The notes under the pieces: model-generated
What the model was told of the DNA's origin: nothing
Database searches by the model: none
What the model saw: the letters and a program-made list of their open reading frames with translations, nothing else
Source of the DNA: a bacterium
GTDB lineage: Bacteria; Krumholzibacteriota; Krumholzibacteriia; G020349025
Direction: 5' to 3'
Assembly (NCBI GenBank): GCA_031362565.1
Contig: JANLSU010000088.1
Span: 1 to 64,000, forward strand
DNA length: 64,000 nucleotides
Part shown: piece by piece, positions 30,062 to 39,894 of the stretch
Layout of the letters: each line of letters begins with the position of its first letter
How positions within the stretch are numbered: the stretch's first letter is position 1
Position numbers and translations under genes: made by a program

Positions 30062-33000
30062 TTACTTGAGCAGCACCATCTTCCGCGAGGCGCTGAACAC
30101 CGGCGTCTCGAGCCGGTAGAATATAGATCCCGCTCGCGACACGGGCACCCGCGTCGTCGAGCCCGTTCCAAGACACCCTGTAGCGCCCGGCCGGGCGCGT
30201 TTCATCGACGAGGGCGCGCACCTGACGCCCACCGACGTCGAAGACGCGGAGCGCCACTGCGCCCCGGGCCGCAAGATCAAAGCGGATCTCGGTCACCGGA
30301 TTGAATGGATTCGGCACGTTGAGATGCAGCGCCGTCACGGCCGGCAGCCCGCCGGTCGTGGGGTCGCCACCCACACCCGTCGTGGGCGATTGCTGACATG
30401 CCACCGGCACGACACCGTTCAGGATCTTGGTCGCAAGAGCGAGCTCCGGAGTGCCCGGCGCTCCAGTGTCGCGAATGTCGAACCAGCCGAAGCCCATCCA
30501 CACCGTGTTCCAGTGCAGGGCCGTGTTCTTATTCATCACAATCGCACCAGGACCGGTCGTCGTGCTCGAACGGTAGTTGTGGGTTGCGACGGCAGCCCCC
30601 GAAGCGCTGGCACCGTCGTAGACCCGCACGGACGGGCAACCGCCCTGAAGCGTGAACGTGTCGCCGCCAAAACTCGTCACACCGCCACCGGCCCATGTGA
30701 ATGATGCGTTGCCCACGACATTGGGGTTCACCGCCACCAATTGGTCATTCACGATGCCTGCAAGCCCCATATCGACCGTGAAGAGCGGATTCGATGCTTT
30801 CAGGAATGCCGTATTCTCGCCCAAGATCCACAGCGTTGCCGTGCCGGCGAGGCCGCTCACACCCTGTGCCAGGTAGTCGCGGTACCATTGCGCCTGGTTG
30901 ATTTTCTCATTATCAAGGTTGACACCGTCCGGCACGTTGGGTCCCAGTGCCGACCGCCCGTCGTCCTGAATGACGAGGCCGTAGGCACTGCACTGCCCCA
31001 CGTTGGCGCGTCCGCCCAGTTGGTTGTTCGTATTGCCGTAGCCCTGCACGTCGTACACGTCGTAGTGCCCCGCATAGCCCAGCCGGTCGAGCGTGTACAT
31101 GAATGCCGTGCGCTGCGTTGGACCGGTACGCCGGGCGGAGTTCGACTTCTGGTAGTACAGAATGCAATTCGATTGGCTCGAACTCGTAAGTTCCTTGGGA
31201 GTCGGATCGAGGTCGCCGTGGGCATCGGCCGCGATCCGCGCCAAGTAGCTTGGATCCCAGTTGATGGTTGGCAGAAACGTGACCTCGCGGAGGCCCTCGG
31301 TCGCGATCTCGGCTGCGGCAACCGATGCCGGCAGCGCGGTCATGCCCGCTGGGCTCGACGCGAACCCACCCGCGTTGTCGGTCGCCGCCCAGAAGTATTC
31401 GAGCTGGTCGCCACCACGGAAGTAGGTGTCGTCCAGGTCTACGAACCAGCGGTTCGCCACCACGACACCCAAGGAATTCCGGGCGCTGTCCGCCGGCACC
31501 GCGAAGAACCCGTTCCCGCCGACGGTGTAGGGTGCAGGTGCCTTGCCGGTATGCGGACCCGCGACGATCGCACCATAGAACTTCACGGTCGCCACGCCGC
31601 CGGCGCCTCGTGCATCGACCACGCTGTTCAAGTAGATCGAGTCGCCGGTCACCAAGCGCGGTGAGACGCCCTGATTCGCGAGGTCGGCGGCCTCGGAGAA
31701 CGCACATGTCCCAAAGCGGTTGGCCGCGTCGGGCGAAAAATGCTGACCCGGCGCGCTCGCATTCTGGACGGTCGAAAACGCATCCTGCGCCTGCGTGCGG
31801 GTGTCGATCCCGACATCGATCGCAGGTCCCGTGAGAATGCGGCGGCCGATCCGAATGCGGTCGTTGTACGGACCGGGACCGGTGTTCAGCGTCGCTGGCG
31901 GAAGAGCACCGGAAAACGTCGGGCGTTGAAAATCAAGATTCCTGAAACTGACTTGGATTTCTTGTGCGGCCGGGGTGAAGTTCGTTGTCATGTTGAACAG
32001 GGCTGTCAGCCATGTGAAGTTGCCCAGCGAGTTGAACTGGTTGGCATGACCCCACGTTCCGACGCAGTCGACGGAGTCGCCCGGCGCTGGCGTGTCTGTA
32101 TTGTCGACCTTGGTCTTGGCACGAACTCGCCAGCCCTGAACAATCGCACCGCTGCCAAAGTTGTTGCCTGCGAAACGCCGGAACGAAAGAATCGTCGCCG
32201 CAGCGCCTGGGGTCGACGCCAAGGTCACCCATGGGCTGACCAACATGTCGTCGAGCCAGTTGTGAATGACGGCCTGCCCCGGACCAAACGCCATGTCTGG
32301 GAAAAACGCGTGGCGCAGCGGGTCGGTCCCCAACCAGGCGCACGTGTTATTTTCGCTGCACTTGTCGTTGTCCGTGATGTGTGGAAGCAGCCGCCACCAC
32401 GGCGCGGCGCAAAGCGGCACGGCACTGGCCGTGTTCGCCAACGTCACGTTTGAACTCAGCACGCCCTCGAAGTCTTCCGAATACGGCGTTCCACCCGTCA
32501 CAACAATGTTGTCGACCACCAGACCGGCGCTGTGCACGGTCAGCCAGTTGCCGTCCTCATCCGAGTAACCCGTATCGGCAGTAAATCGAATGTAGGCTTC
32601 GTGAATCCCGGTACCGAAGTTCGGCAGCACGATTGGACCGATGTGTGAACCCGGATCTAGACCGCTCACACCGACCAGGATTTCCGTACGCAGTGCGGCC
32701 GGTGTGGCTGTCGGGTGGGCGCAGATATTGGTCAGCACTTCCGAAAGCCCCAGCGAATCCGCTTCGACCGAAACGTAGTCGTAGCCCGCTTCGCTGTCGC
32801 TCACCTTGTCGAACGAAAGAGTCGCGCCGGCACCGGAGTACTTCAGGATGATCGAGTAATCCCAATTGTTTCCGTACCCGTCGTGCGGCCAGCAGAGGTT
32901 GTGGCGTGACAAGATCGCCGCGTGCCAACTGATACCGCCCACGCCACTCAACCGGTTGTCGATCGACCAGTAGTTTGATCCGTCGTTCAGAATGTAGTTG

Positions 33001-33281
33001 TCGGACTTGACCCACCCAGCGTCAGTGCACGCCCCGCCGGCGGTATCGAACGTCCAGTCCGCGATCCAAACGGTATCGCCGAGCACCTTGGCGGCGGTGG
33101 GAGGCGCCTCGGGATCGCCAATCGCATCCACTTCGCTGACCTCGGGCGTTTGTTCGAGTGGTTCTGCGGAGCGCACCGCGAGAGCGGCGCGGGCCAGCAA
33201 GGGCAGGCTCGCAAACAGGATTGCGGCAGCGAACTGCGACCATGTTGCGACGGCGGCGCCGCGGCACTTCGGTGGACTCAA
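30062..33281 (-). pseudogene. paralog P7, +1 frameshift in the last codons of the C-terminal domain (~30122)
   Basis: Reads ATC TAT A TTC TAC instead of ATC TAT TTC TAC; conserved FYRLETPVFSASRKMVLLK lies in another frame ending at 30062; span 3220 = 3n+1; probable TTG start 33281 after AGGAGG. Confidence 0.78.
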
Positions 33282-33339
33282 GAGGCCTCCTACAACGAAC
33301 GTCATCGCCGCGCCTGATGCGCCAGGGCCAGACCTGCGT

Positions 33340-36300
33340 CTATTTCAGCAGGACCATCTTCCGCGAGGCGCTAAACACCGGTGTTTCGAGCCGGTAGAAA
33401 TAGATGCCGCTCGCGACCCGGGCGCCGGCGTCATCAAGGCCGTTCCACGACACTCTGTAGCGCCCAGCCGGGCGCGTTTCGTTGACGAGTGAACGCACTT
33501 GCCGTCCACCGACGTCGTAGACGCGAAGCGCCACTGCGCCCCGAACTGCGAGATCGAACCGGATCTCGGTCACCGGATTGAACGGATTCGGGACGTTGGG
33601 ATGCAGGGCCGTCACGGCCGGCAACCCTTCGGTTGCTGGGTCGCCACCCACACCCGTCGTCGGCGATTGCTGGCACGCGACGGGCACGACACCGTTCAGG
33701 ATCATCGTCGCGAGATCGATTTCCGGCGTACCCGGCGCTCCCGTGTCGCGAATGTCGAACCAGCCGAAGCCCATCCACACCGTGTTCCAGTGCAGCGTCG
33801 TGTTCTTGTTCATGATGATGGCGCCGGGACCCGTCGTCGTACTCGAGCGATAGTTGTGGGTTACGACCGCGGTCCCCGAAGCACTCGCCCCATCGTAGGC
33901 GCGCACGGCCGGACAGCCGCCTTGCAGTGTGAAGGTATCACCCGTGAAGTTCGTCACGCCGCCACCGGCCCACGTGAAGGATGCGTTGCCGACGACATCC
34001 GGATTCACCGCCACCGCTTGGTCCGTGACGATGCCCGACAAGCCCATGTCGACCGTGAAGAGCGGGTTCGTTGCCTTCTGGAACGCCGTGTTCTCGCCCA
34101 GAATCCACGCTGTCGCGGTGCCTGCGCCTCCAGCCCCGCCCTGCGCCAAGTAGTCGCGGTACCACTTCGCCTGATTGATCTTGTTGTCGTCCCAGACGAT
34201 GCCATCCGGAACATTCGGAACCAAGGTCGACCGGCCGTCGTCCTGAATGACCAGGGCGTAACCGTTGCACTGCGTCGCGTTCGCACGGCTGCCGAGCTGA
34301 TTGTTGGTGTTGCCGTAGCCCTGCACGTCGAACACATCGTAGTGATCGGCGTAGCCCAACCGGTCCAGCGTGTGCATGAACGATGTGCGCTGCGGAAGCC
34401 CCGTCCGCCGGGCGGAGTTCGATTTTTGGTAGTACAGAATACAATTCGTCTGGCTCGAGTTGGCAATCTCACCCGGGGTCGGATCGAGGTCACCGTACGG
34501 ATCGGCGGCAATCCGCGCCACGTAGGCCGGATCCCATTGAATCTTCGGCAAGAACGTCGCTTCGCGCAGACCCGCGGTGGCAAGTTCCGCTGCGGCGACG
34601 GACGCGGGCAGCGCCGACATTCCGGCCGGGCTCGAGGTGAACCCACCCGCATTGTCGGTCGCGACCCAAAAGTAGTCGAGCTGGTCGCCGCCGCGGAAAT
34701 ACGTGTCGTCCATGTCTACGAACCAGCGATTTGAGACGACGTTGCCAAGGGAATTCCGAGCGCTATCCGCCGAAACGGCGAAGAATCCGTTGCCGCCGAC
34801 GGTGTACGGTGCCGGTGCCTTGCCCGCGTGCGGCCCTGCGACGATCGCACCGTAGAACTTGACCGACGCGACTCCGCCCGCGCCACGCGCGTCGACGACA
34901 TTCTGCAAGTAAATCGAATCGCCGGTGACCAGGCGTGATGTGGTGTTCCCGATTCCCAGGTCGGTCCCCTCGGAGAAGGCACAGGTGCCAAATCGATTCG
35001 CTCCGTCCGGCCAGAAGTGTTGTCCGGGCATCGAGTTCTGTACGGTTGGAAATGCATCCTGGGCCTGGGTCCGCGTATCGATCCCGACATCGATGGACGG
35101 ACCCGTGAACACCAAGCGGCCGATGCGAACCCGGTCGAGGTAAGGACCTGGGCCCGGATTCAGGGTCGCCGGCGGAAGGGCGTTCTGAAGTGTCGGAAGC
35201 TGAAAATCGGCGGTCCGGAAGCTGAGCTGAAGTTCACTCGCCGTCGACGGGAAATTCACCGTCATGTTGAACAGATTCGTCGTCCACGAGAAGCTGCCCA
35301 GCGAATTGAACTGATTGGCATGTCCCCACGTTCCAACGCAATCGACCGAGTCACCCGGAGCCACTGTGTCGGTATTGTCGCGGCGCGTCTTCGCCCGCAC
35401 TCGCCAGCCTTGAACGATGTCGCCATTGGCGAAATTATTGCCCGCGAACCGGCGGAACGATAGGACCGTCTGTGTCGCACTCGGAGTTGCCGCCAAGCTC
35501 ACCCACGGGCCGACGAGAATATCGTCCAGCCAGTTGTGAATGACGGCCCCGCCGGGACCAAACGCCATGCTCGGGAAAAACGCCGGGCGCAGCGGATCGG
35601 TTCCCAGCCACGCACAGGTGTTGTCTTCGAGGCACTTGTCGTTGTCGGTGATGTGCGAGAAGAGCCGGACCCACGGGGCGCTGCAGAAGGGCTGGTTGCC
35701 GGCGGTATTCACCAGAGCCACGTTCGCATTCAGTACGCCCTCGAAGTTCTCCGCGTAGGAGAGTCCGCCGGTCACGACGATGTTGTCGGCGACCAGGCCG
35801 GCGTGGTTCACCGTCGAATAGTTTCCGTCTTCGTCCGAGACCCCAGTGTCCGACACGAAGCGAATGTAGACTTCGTGCGTTCCAGCACCAAAGTTCGTCA
35901 GGGCGAGGGGGCCGAGGTGTGAACCTGCGTCCACACCGCTCATGCCGGCCAAGAGGACCTTGCGCAGCTTCGCCGGAGTCGCCAGAGGGTTGGCGCAGAT
36001 GTTCGCCCGGGCTTCCGAAAGGCCCAACGAATCCGTCTCGATCGAAACAAAGTCGTAGCCCGGTTCGCTGTCGCTCAACTTGTCGAACGACAGCGTCGCC
36101 GCGGCACCGGAGTACTTCAGGATGATCGAGTAGTCCCAGTTGTTCCCGTAGCCATCCCGCGCCCAGCACACGTTGTGCCGCGTCAGGATCGCGGCATTCC
36201 CGCCAATGCCACCGACACCGCTCAACCGGTTGTCGACCACCCAGTAGTTGGAGCCGTCGAAGAGCATGCGGTTGTCGTACTTGACCCACCCGGCGTCGGT

Positions 36301-36531
36301 ACACGCTCCACCGGCCGTGTCGAAGCTCCAGTCGGCGATCCAAACCGTATCGGCTAGCACCTTGCCGGCGGTGGGAGCTGCGGCGGGATTCCCGATCGCG
36401 TCCAAGTCCCCCACCTCGGGGGCGTACTCGATCGGCTCGGCGGGGTGTGCCGCGAGCGCGGCCCGTGTCGGCGCCAGAAGGCATCCGATCAATGCAATCG
36501 CGAGAAAACGCCAGCACATTGGTGGGCGCAT
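33340..36531 (-). CDS. secreted FlgD-Ig C-terminal domain protein, paralog P8
   Basis: GGAGGAGG RBS before ATG 36531 (MRPPMCWRF...); same scaffold. Confidence 0.9.
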   Translation of the reverse strand: MRPPMCWRFLAIALIGCLLAPTRAALAAHPAEPIEYAPEVGDLDAIGNPAAAPTAGKVLADTVWIADWSFDTAGGACTDAGWVKYDNRMLFDGSNYWVVDNRLSGVGGIGGNAAILTRHNVCWARDGYGNNWDYSIILKYSGAAATLSFDKLSDSEPGYDFVSIETDSLGLSEARANICANPLATPAKLRKVLLAGMSGVDAGSHLGPLALTNFGAGTHEVYIRFVSDTGVSDEDGNYSTVNHAGLVADNIVVTGGLSYAENFEGVLNANVALVNTAGNQPFCSAPWVRLFSHITDNDKCLEDNTCAWLGTDPLRPAFFPSMAFGPGGAVIHNWLDDILVGPWVSLAATPSATQTVLSFRRFAGNNFANGDIVQGWRVRAKTRRDNTDTVAPGDSVDCVGTWGHANQFNSLGSFSWTTNLFNMTVNFPSTASELQLSFRTADFQLPTLQNALPPATLNPGPGPYLDRVRIGRLVFTGPSIDVGIDTRTQAQDAFPTVQNSMPGQHFWPDGANRFGTCAFSEGTDLGIGNTTSRLVTGDSIYLQNVVDARGAGGVASVKFYGAIVAGPHAGKAPAPYTVGGNGFFAVSADSARNSLGNVVSNRWFVDMDDTYFRGGDQLDYFWVATDNAGGFTSSPAGMSALPASVAAAELATAGLREATFLPKIQWDPAYVARIAADPYGDLDPTPGEIANSSQTNCILYYQKSNSARRTGLPQRTSFMHTLDRLGYADHYDVFDVQGYGNTNNQLGSRANATQCNGYALVIQDDGRSTLVPNVPDGIVWDDNKINQAKWYRDYLAQGGAGGAGTATAWILGENTAFQKATNPLFTVDMGLSGIVTDQAVAVNPDVVGNASFTWAGGGVTNFTGDTFTLQGGCPAVRAYDGASASGTAVVTHNYRSSTTTGPGAIIMNKNTTLHWNTVWMGFGWFDIRDTGAPGTPEIDLATMILNGVVPVACQQSPTTGVGGDPATEGLPAVTALHPNVPNPFNPVTEIRFDLAVRGAVALRVYDVGGRQVRSLVNETRPAGRYRVSWNGLDDAGARVASGIYFYRLETPVFSASRKMVLLK

Positions 36532-36601
36532 GTGGAAGCCTCCTCCATAACGAACAATCGTGTGACCGGCGCGGCGAATTCCGCCCCCGCGGATCAAGCG
36601 A

Positions 36602-39600
36602 CTATTTGAGCAGCACCATCTTGCGCGAGGCGCTGAACACCGGCGTCTCGAGCCGGTAGAAATAGATGCCACTCGCGACCCGGGCGCCGGCGTCATCAAG
36701 GCCGTTCCAAGACACTCTGTAGCGCCCAGCCGGGCGCGTTTCGTTGACGAGTGAACGCACTTGGCGCCCACCGACATCGAAGACACGGAGCGACACTGCG
36801 CCCCGCGCTGAAAGATCGAACCGGATCTCCGTCACCGGATTGAACGGATTCGGCACGTTGGGGTGCAGTGCGGTCACGGCCGGCAGCCCCTCGGTTGCTG
36901 GGTCGCCGCCCACACCTGTTGTCGGCGATTGCTGGCAGCCCACCGGCACCACACCGTTCAGAATCTTGGTCGCGAGGTCGAGTTCCGGCGTCCCGGGCGC
37001 GCCCGTATCGCGGATGTCGAACCAGCCGAAGCCCATCCATACGGTGTTCCAGTGCAGTGGCGTGTTCTTGTTCATGACAATCGCGCCGGGACCTGTGTTC
37101 GCACCCGATCGATAGTTGTGCGTCACAACCGCGGTTCCGGAAGCACTGGCGCCGTCGTAGGCCCGCACCAACGGACAGCCGCCTTGCAGGGAGAAGGTGT
37201 CGCCCGTGAAGTTCGTCACTCCGCCGCCGGCCCAGGTGAACGACGCGTTGCCGACGACATCCGGGCTCACCGCCACCAATTGGTCGTTCACGACACTCGA
37301 CAGCGCAAAGTCGGTCGCAAAAAGCGGGTTCGAGGCCTTCTCGAGCGCGGTATTCTCGCCGAGGATCCACAGCGTCGCGGTGCCGGCAAAACCTGCCGCG
37401 CCCTGCGCCAAGTAGTCGCGGTACCACTGCGCCTGATTGATCTTCGAAGTGTCAAAATCGTTTCCGTTCGGAATGTTCGGACTCAGGTTCGAACGGCCGT
37501 CGTCCTGAATGACGAGTGCATAGCCGCTGCATTGCCCCACGTTGGCGCGGCCACCGAGTTGGTTGTTCGTGTTACCGTAACCTTGGACATCGTATACGTC
37601 GTAGTGGCCGGCGTAACCCAGCCGGTCCAGCGTGTACATGAACGACGTGCGCTGCGGGAGGCCCGTGCGCCGGGCAGAATTCGATTTTTGGTAGTACAGA
37701 ATGCAATACGTCTGGCTCGAATTGGCAAGCTCGCTGGGGGTCGGATCGAGGTCGCCGTGCGCGTCGGCCGCAATCCGCGCCACATAGGCAGGATCCCAAC
37801 TGATGGCCGGCAAGAACGTCACCTCGCGCAGACCTTCCGTGGCGATCTCGGCCGCGGCGACCGATGCCGGTAAGGCCGTCAGTCCCGCCGGGCTCGAGGT
37901 CAATCCACCCGCGTTGTCGGTCGCAGTCCAGAAGTAGTCGAGCTGGTCACCGCCGCGGAAATACGTATCGTCCATGTCTACGAACCAGCGGTTCGCCACG
38001 ACGAATCCGTTGTTGTTCCGGGCGCTGTCCGGCGAGACTGCGAAGAACCCATTGCCGCCGACGGTATATGGTGCCGGTGCCTTACCGGTGTGTGGTCCTG
38101 CGACGATCGCACCATAGAACCTGACGGAGGTAATACCGCCCGCGCCACGCGCATCGATGACGCTGTTCAGATAGATCGAATCGCCCGTGATCAGACGAGT
38201 TGAAATTGCGTGATTCCCCAGATCTAAGGCGTTCGAAAAGGCACAGGTGCCAAAGCGGTTGACGCCGTCGGGCGAAAAGTGTTGGCCCGGTGTGATTGTA
38301 TTCTGTAGGGTTGGAAACGCGTCCTGCGCCTGGGTACGCGTATCGATCCCAACGTCAATGGATGGACCCGAGAGAGTCTTGCGCCCGATCCGAATGCGAT
38401 CGTTGTACGGACCTGGCCCGGGGTTCAGCGTCGCCGGCGGCGGGCTACCAGCGGTGTATTGGAAATCCGTGGTCCGGAAGCTAACCTGGATTTCACCGGC
38501 CGTCGGAGGAAAATTCACCGTCATGTCGAATAGATTCGTGTTCCACGAGAACGGGCCCAGCGAATTGAACTGGTTGGCGTGTCCCCACGTTCCGACGCAG
38601 TCGATCGAATCCCCGGGTGCGGCCGTGTCGGTGTTGTCGCGGCGCGACTTCGCGCGGACCCGCCAGCCTTGCACGATGTCACCGTTGGCAAAATTGTTCC
38701 CCGGAAACCGCCGGAACGACAGGATCGTACCGGTCGCGCTCGGGGTCGACGCCAAACTGACCCACGGACTGACGAAGTTGTCGTCGAGCCAATTGTGAAT
38801 GACGGCCTGGCCGGGACCAAACGCCATGTCTGGGAAAAACGCCGGGCGTAACGGGTCGGTTCCCAGCCACGCACACGTGGGGTCTTCGGTGCACCTCTCG
38901 TTGTCGGTGATGTGCGAGAACAGCCGGGCCCAGGGCGCGCTGCAGAAGGGCTGGTTGCCCGCAGTATTCGCCAAGGTCACGTTCGGATTGATCACGCCCT
39001 CGAAATCTTCCGAGTACGCCAACCCGCCGGTCACGACAATGTTGTCGACAACCAGACCTGCTTGGGTGGCGGTCGGTTGGTTGCCGTCTTCGTCCGAGGA
39101 CTGCGAGTCCGATGTGAAGCGGATGTAGACCTCGTGCGTCCCGGGGCCGAAGTTCGTCAGGAGGAGCGGGCCGATCAGTGAACCCGGATTTACACCGCTA
39201 ATGCCGGCCAGGATCACTTTGCGCAGCTTTGCAGGAGTCGCTTTGGGGTCGGCGCAGATGTTGGCCCGGGCTTCCGAGAGTCCCAACGAATCCGTCTCGA
39301 CCGTGGTGACGTCGTTGCCATCTTGGCCGTCGCTCAGCATGTCGAACCGGAGCGTCGCCGCGGCGCCCGAGTACTTCAGGACAACCGAGTAGTCCCAATT
39401 GTTCCCGTACCCGTCGCGCGCCCAGCACAGGTTGTGACGGGACAAGATCGCCGCTTTGCCCGAGGCGCCAATGCCGTTGAACCGGTTGTCGATCACCCAG
39501 TAATTGGAGCCGTCGTTCAAGATGCGGCCGTCATACTTGACCCACCCGGCGTCGGTGCAACCGCCGCCCACCGTGTCGAACGTCCAGTCGGCGATCCATG

Positions 39601-39811
39601 CCGTATCGCCTAGCACCTTGCTCGCCGCGGGAGCCGCGGCGGGATTTCCGATTGCGTCCACCTCACCCACCTCGGGCGCGTACTCGATCGGCTCGGCAGG
39701 ATGCGCGGCGAACGCGACGTCCACCGGGATCAGAAGACAGACGAGCAACGCAATTGCGAGCAAACGGATCCAAGCCGCGACTCGGTCGCGGCCGCACATC
39801 GGTGGGCGCAT
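36602..39811 (-). CDS. secreted FlgD-Ig C-terminal domain protein, paralog P9 (first gene of the array)
   Basis: AGGAGG RBS before ATG 39811 (MRPPMCGRDR...); same scaffold. Confidence 0.9.
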   Translation of the reverse strand: MRPPMCGRDRVAAWIRLLAIALLVCLLIPVDVAFAAHPAEPIEYAPEVGEVDAIGNPAAAPAASKVLGDTAWIADWTFDTVGGGCTDAGWVKYDGRILNDGSNYWVIDNRFNGIGASGKAAILSRHNLCWARDGYGNNWDYSVVLKYSGAAATLRFDMLSDGQDGNDVTTVETDSLGLSEARANICADPKATPAKLRKVILAGISGVNPGSLIGPLLLTNFGPGTHEVYIRFTSDSQSSDEDGNQPTATQAGLVVDNIVVTGGLAYSEDFEGVINPNVTLANTAGNQPFCSAPWARLFSHITDNERCTEDPTCAWLGTDPLRPAFFPDMAFGPGQAVIHNWLDDNFVSPWVSLASTPSATGTILSFRRFPGNNFANGDIVQGWRVRAKSRRDNTDTAAPGDSIDCVGTWGHANQFNSLGPFSWNTNLFDMTVNFPPTAGEIQVSFRTTDFQYTAGSPPPATLNPGPGPYNDRIRIGRKTLSGPSIDVGIDTRTQAQDAFPTLQNTITPGQHFSPDGVNRFGTCAFSNALDLGNHAISTRLITGDSIYLNSVIDARGAGGITSVRFYGAIVAGPHTGKAPAPYTVGGNGFFAVSPDSARNNNGFVVANRWFVDMDDTYFRGGDQLDYFWTATDNAGGLTSSPAGLTALPASVAAAEIATEGLREVTFLPAISWDPAYVARIAADAHGDLDPTPSELANSSQTYCILYYQKSNSARRTGLPQRTSFMYTLDRLGYAGHYDVYDVQGYGNTNNQLGGRANVGQCSGYALVIQDDGRSNLSPNIPNGNDFDTSKINQAQWYRDYLAQGAAGFAGTATLWILGENTALEKASNPLFATDFALSSVVNDQLVAVSPDVVGNASFTWAGGGVTNFTGDTFSLQGGCPLVRAYDGASASGTAVVTHNYRSGANTGPGAIVMNKNTPLHWNTVWMGFGWFDIRDTGAPGTPELDLATKILNGVVPVGCQQSPTTGVGGDPATEGLPAVTALHPNVPNPFNPVTEIRFDLSARGAVSLRVFDVGGRQVRSLVNETRPAGRYRVSWNGLDDAGARVASGIYFYRLETPVFSASRKMVLLK

Positions 39812-39894
39812 GGGGATGCCTCCTGAGCAACGAACGCACGGCGCCAGCCGCTGGCCGACGGTGACCCGCGACCCATGTTCGGAGGGGGATCCAC

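Larger units (their letters stand above)
13661..39811 (-). repeat. tandem gene array: 8 direct repeats of a ~3.27-kb unit
   Basis: Stop codons at 13661, 16944, 20215, 23491, 26773, 30062, 33340, 36602 (period 3262-3289 bp); 57-70-bp spacers; each unit encodes the same protein scaffold. Confidence 0.97.

Noticed and set aside
13661..39811. Diversity-generating retroelement or shufflon as the source of variation
   Set aside because: No reverse transcriptase, template/variable repeat pair, invertase or recombinase sites seen; variation includes indels and is not visibly adenine-restricted
9468..39811. Classical expression-site plus silent-cassette antigenic variation
   Set aside because: Array copies are full length with their own RBS and signal peptides, and P1 is the most divergent copy rather than a mosaic of them; retained only as a weak possibility
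13661..39811. CRISPR array or integron cassette array
   Set aside because: Repeats are whole 3.3-kb genes; spacers lack identical short repeats or recognisable attC structure; no cas or intI genes
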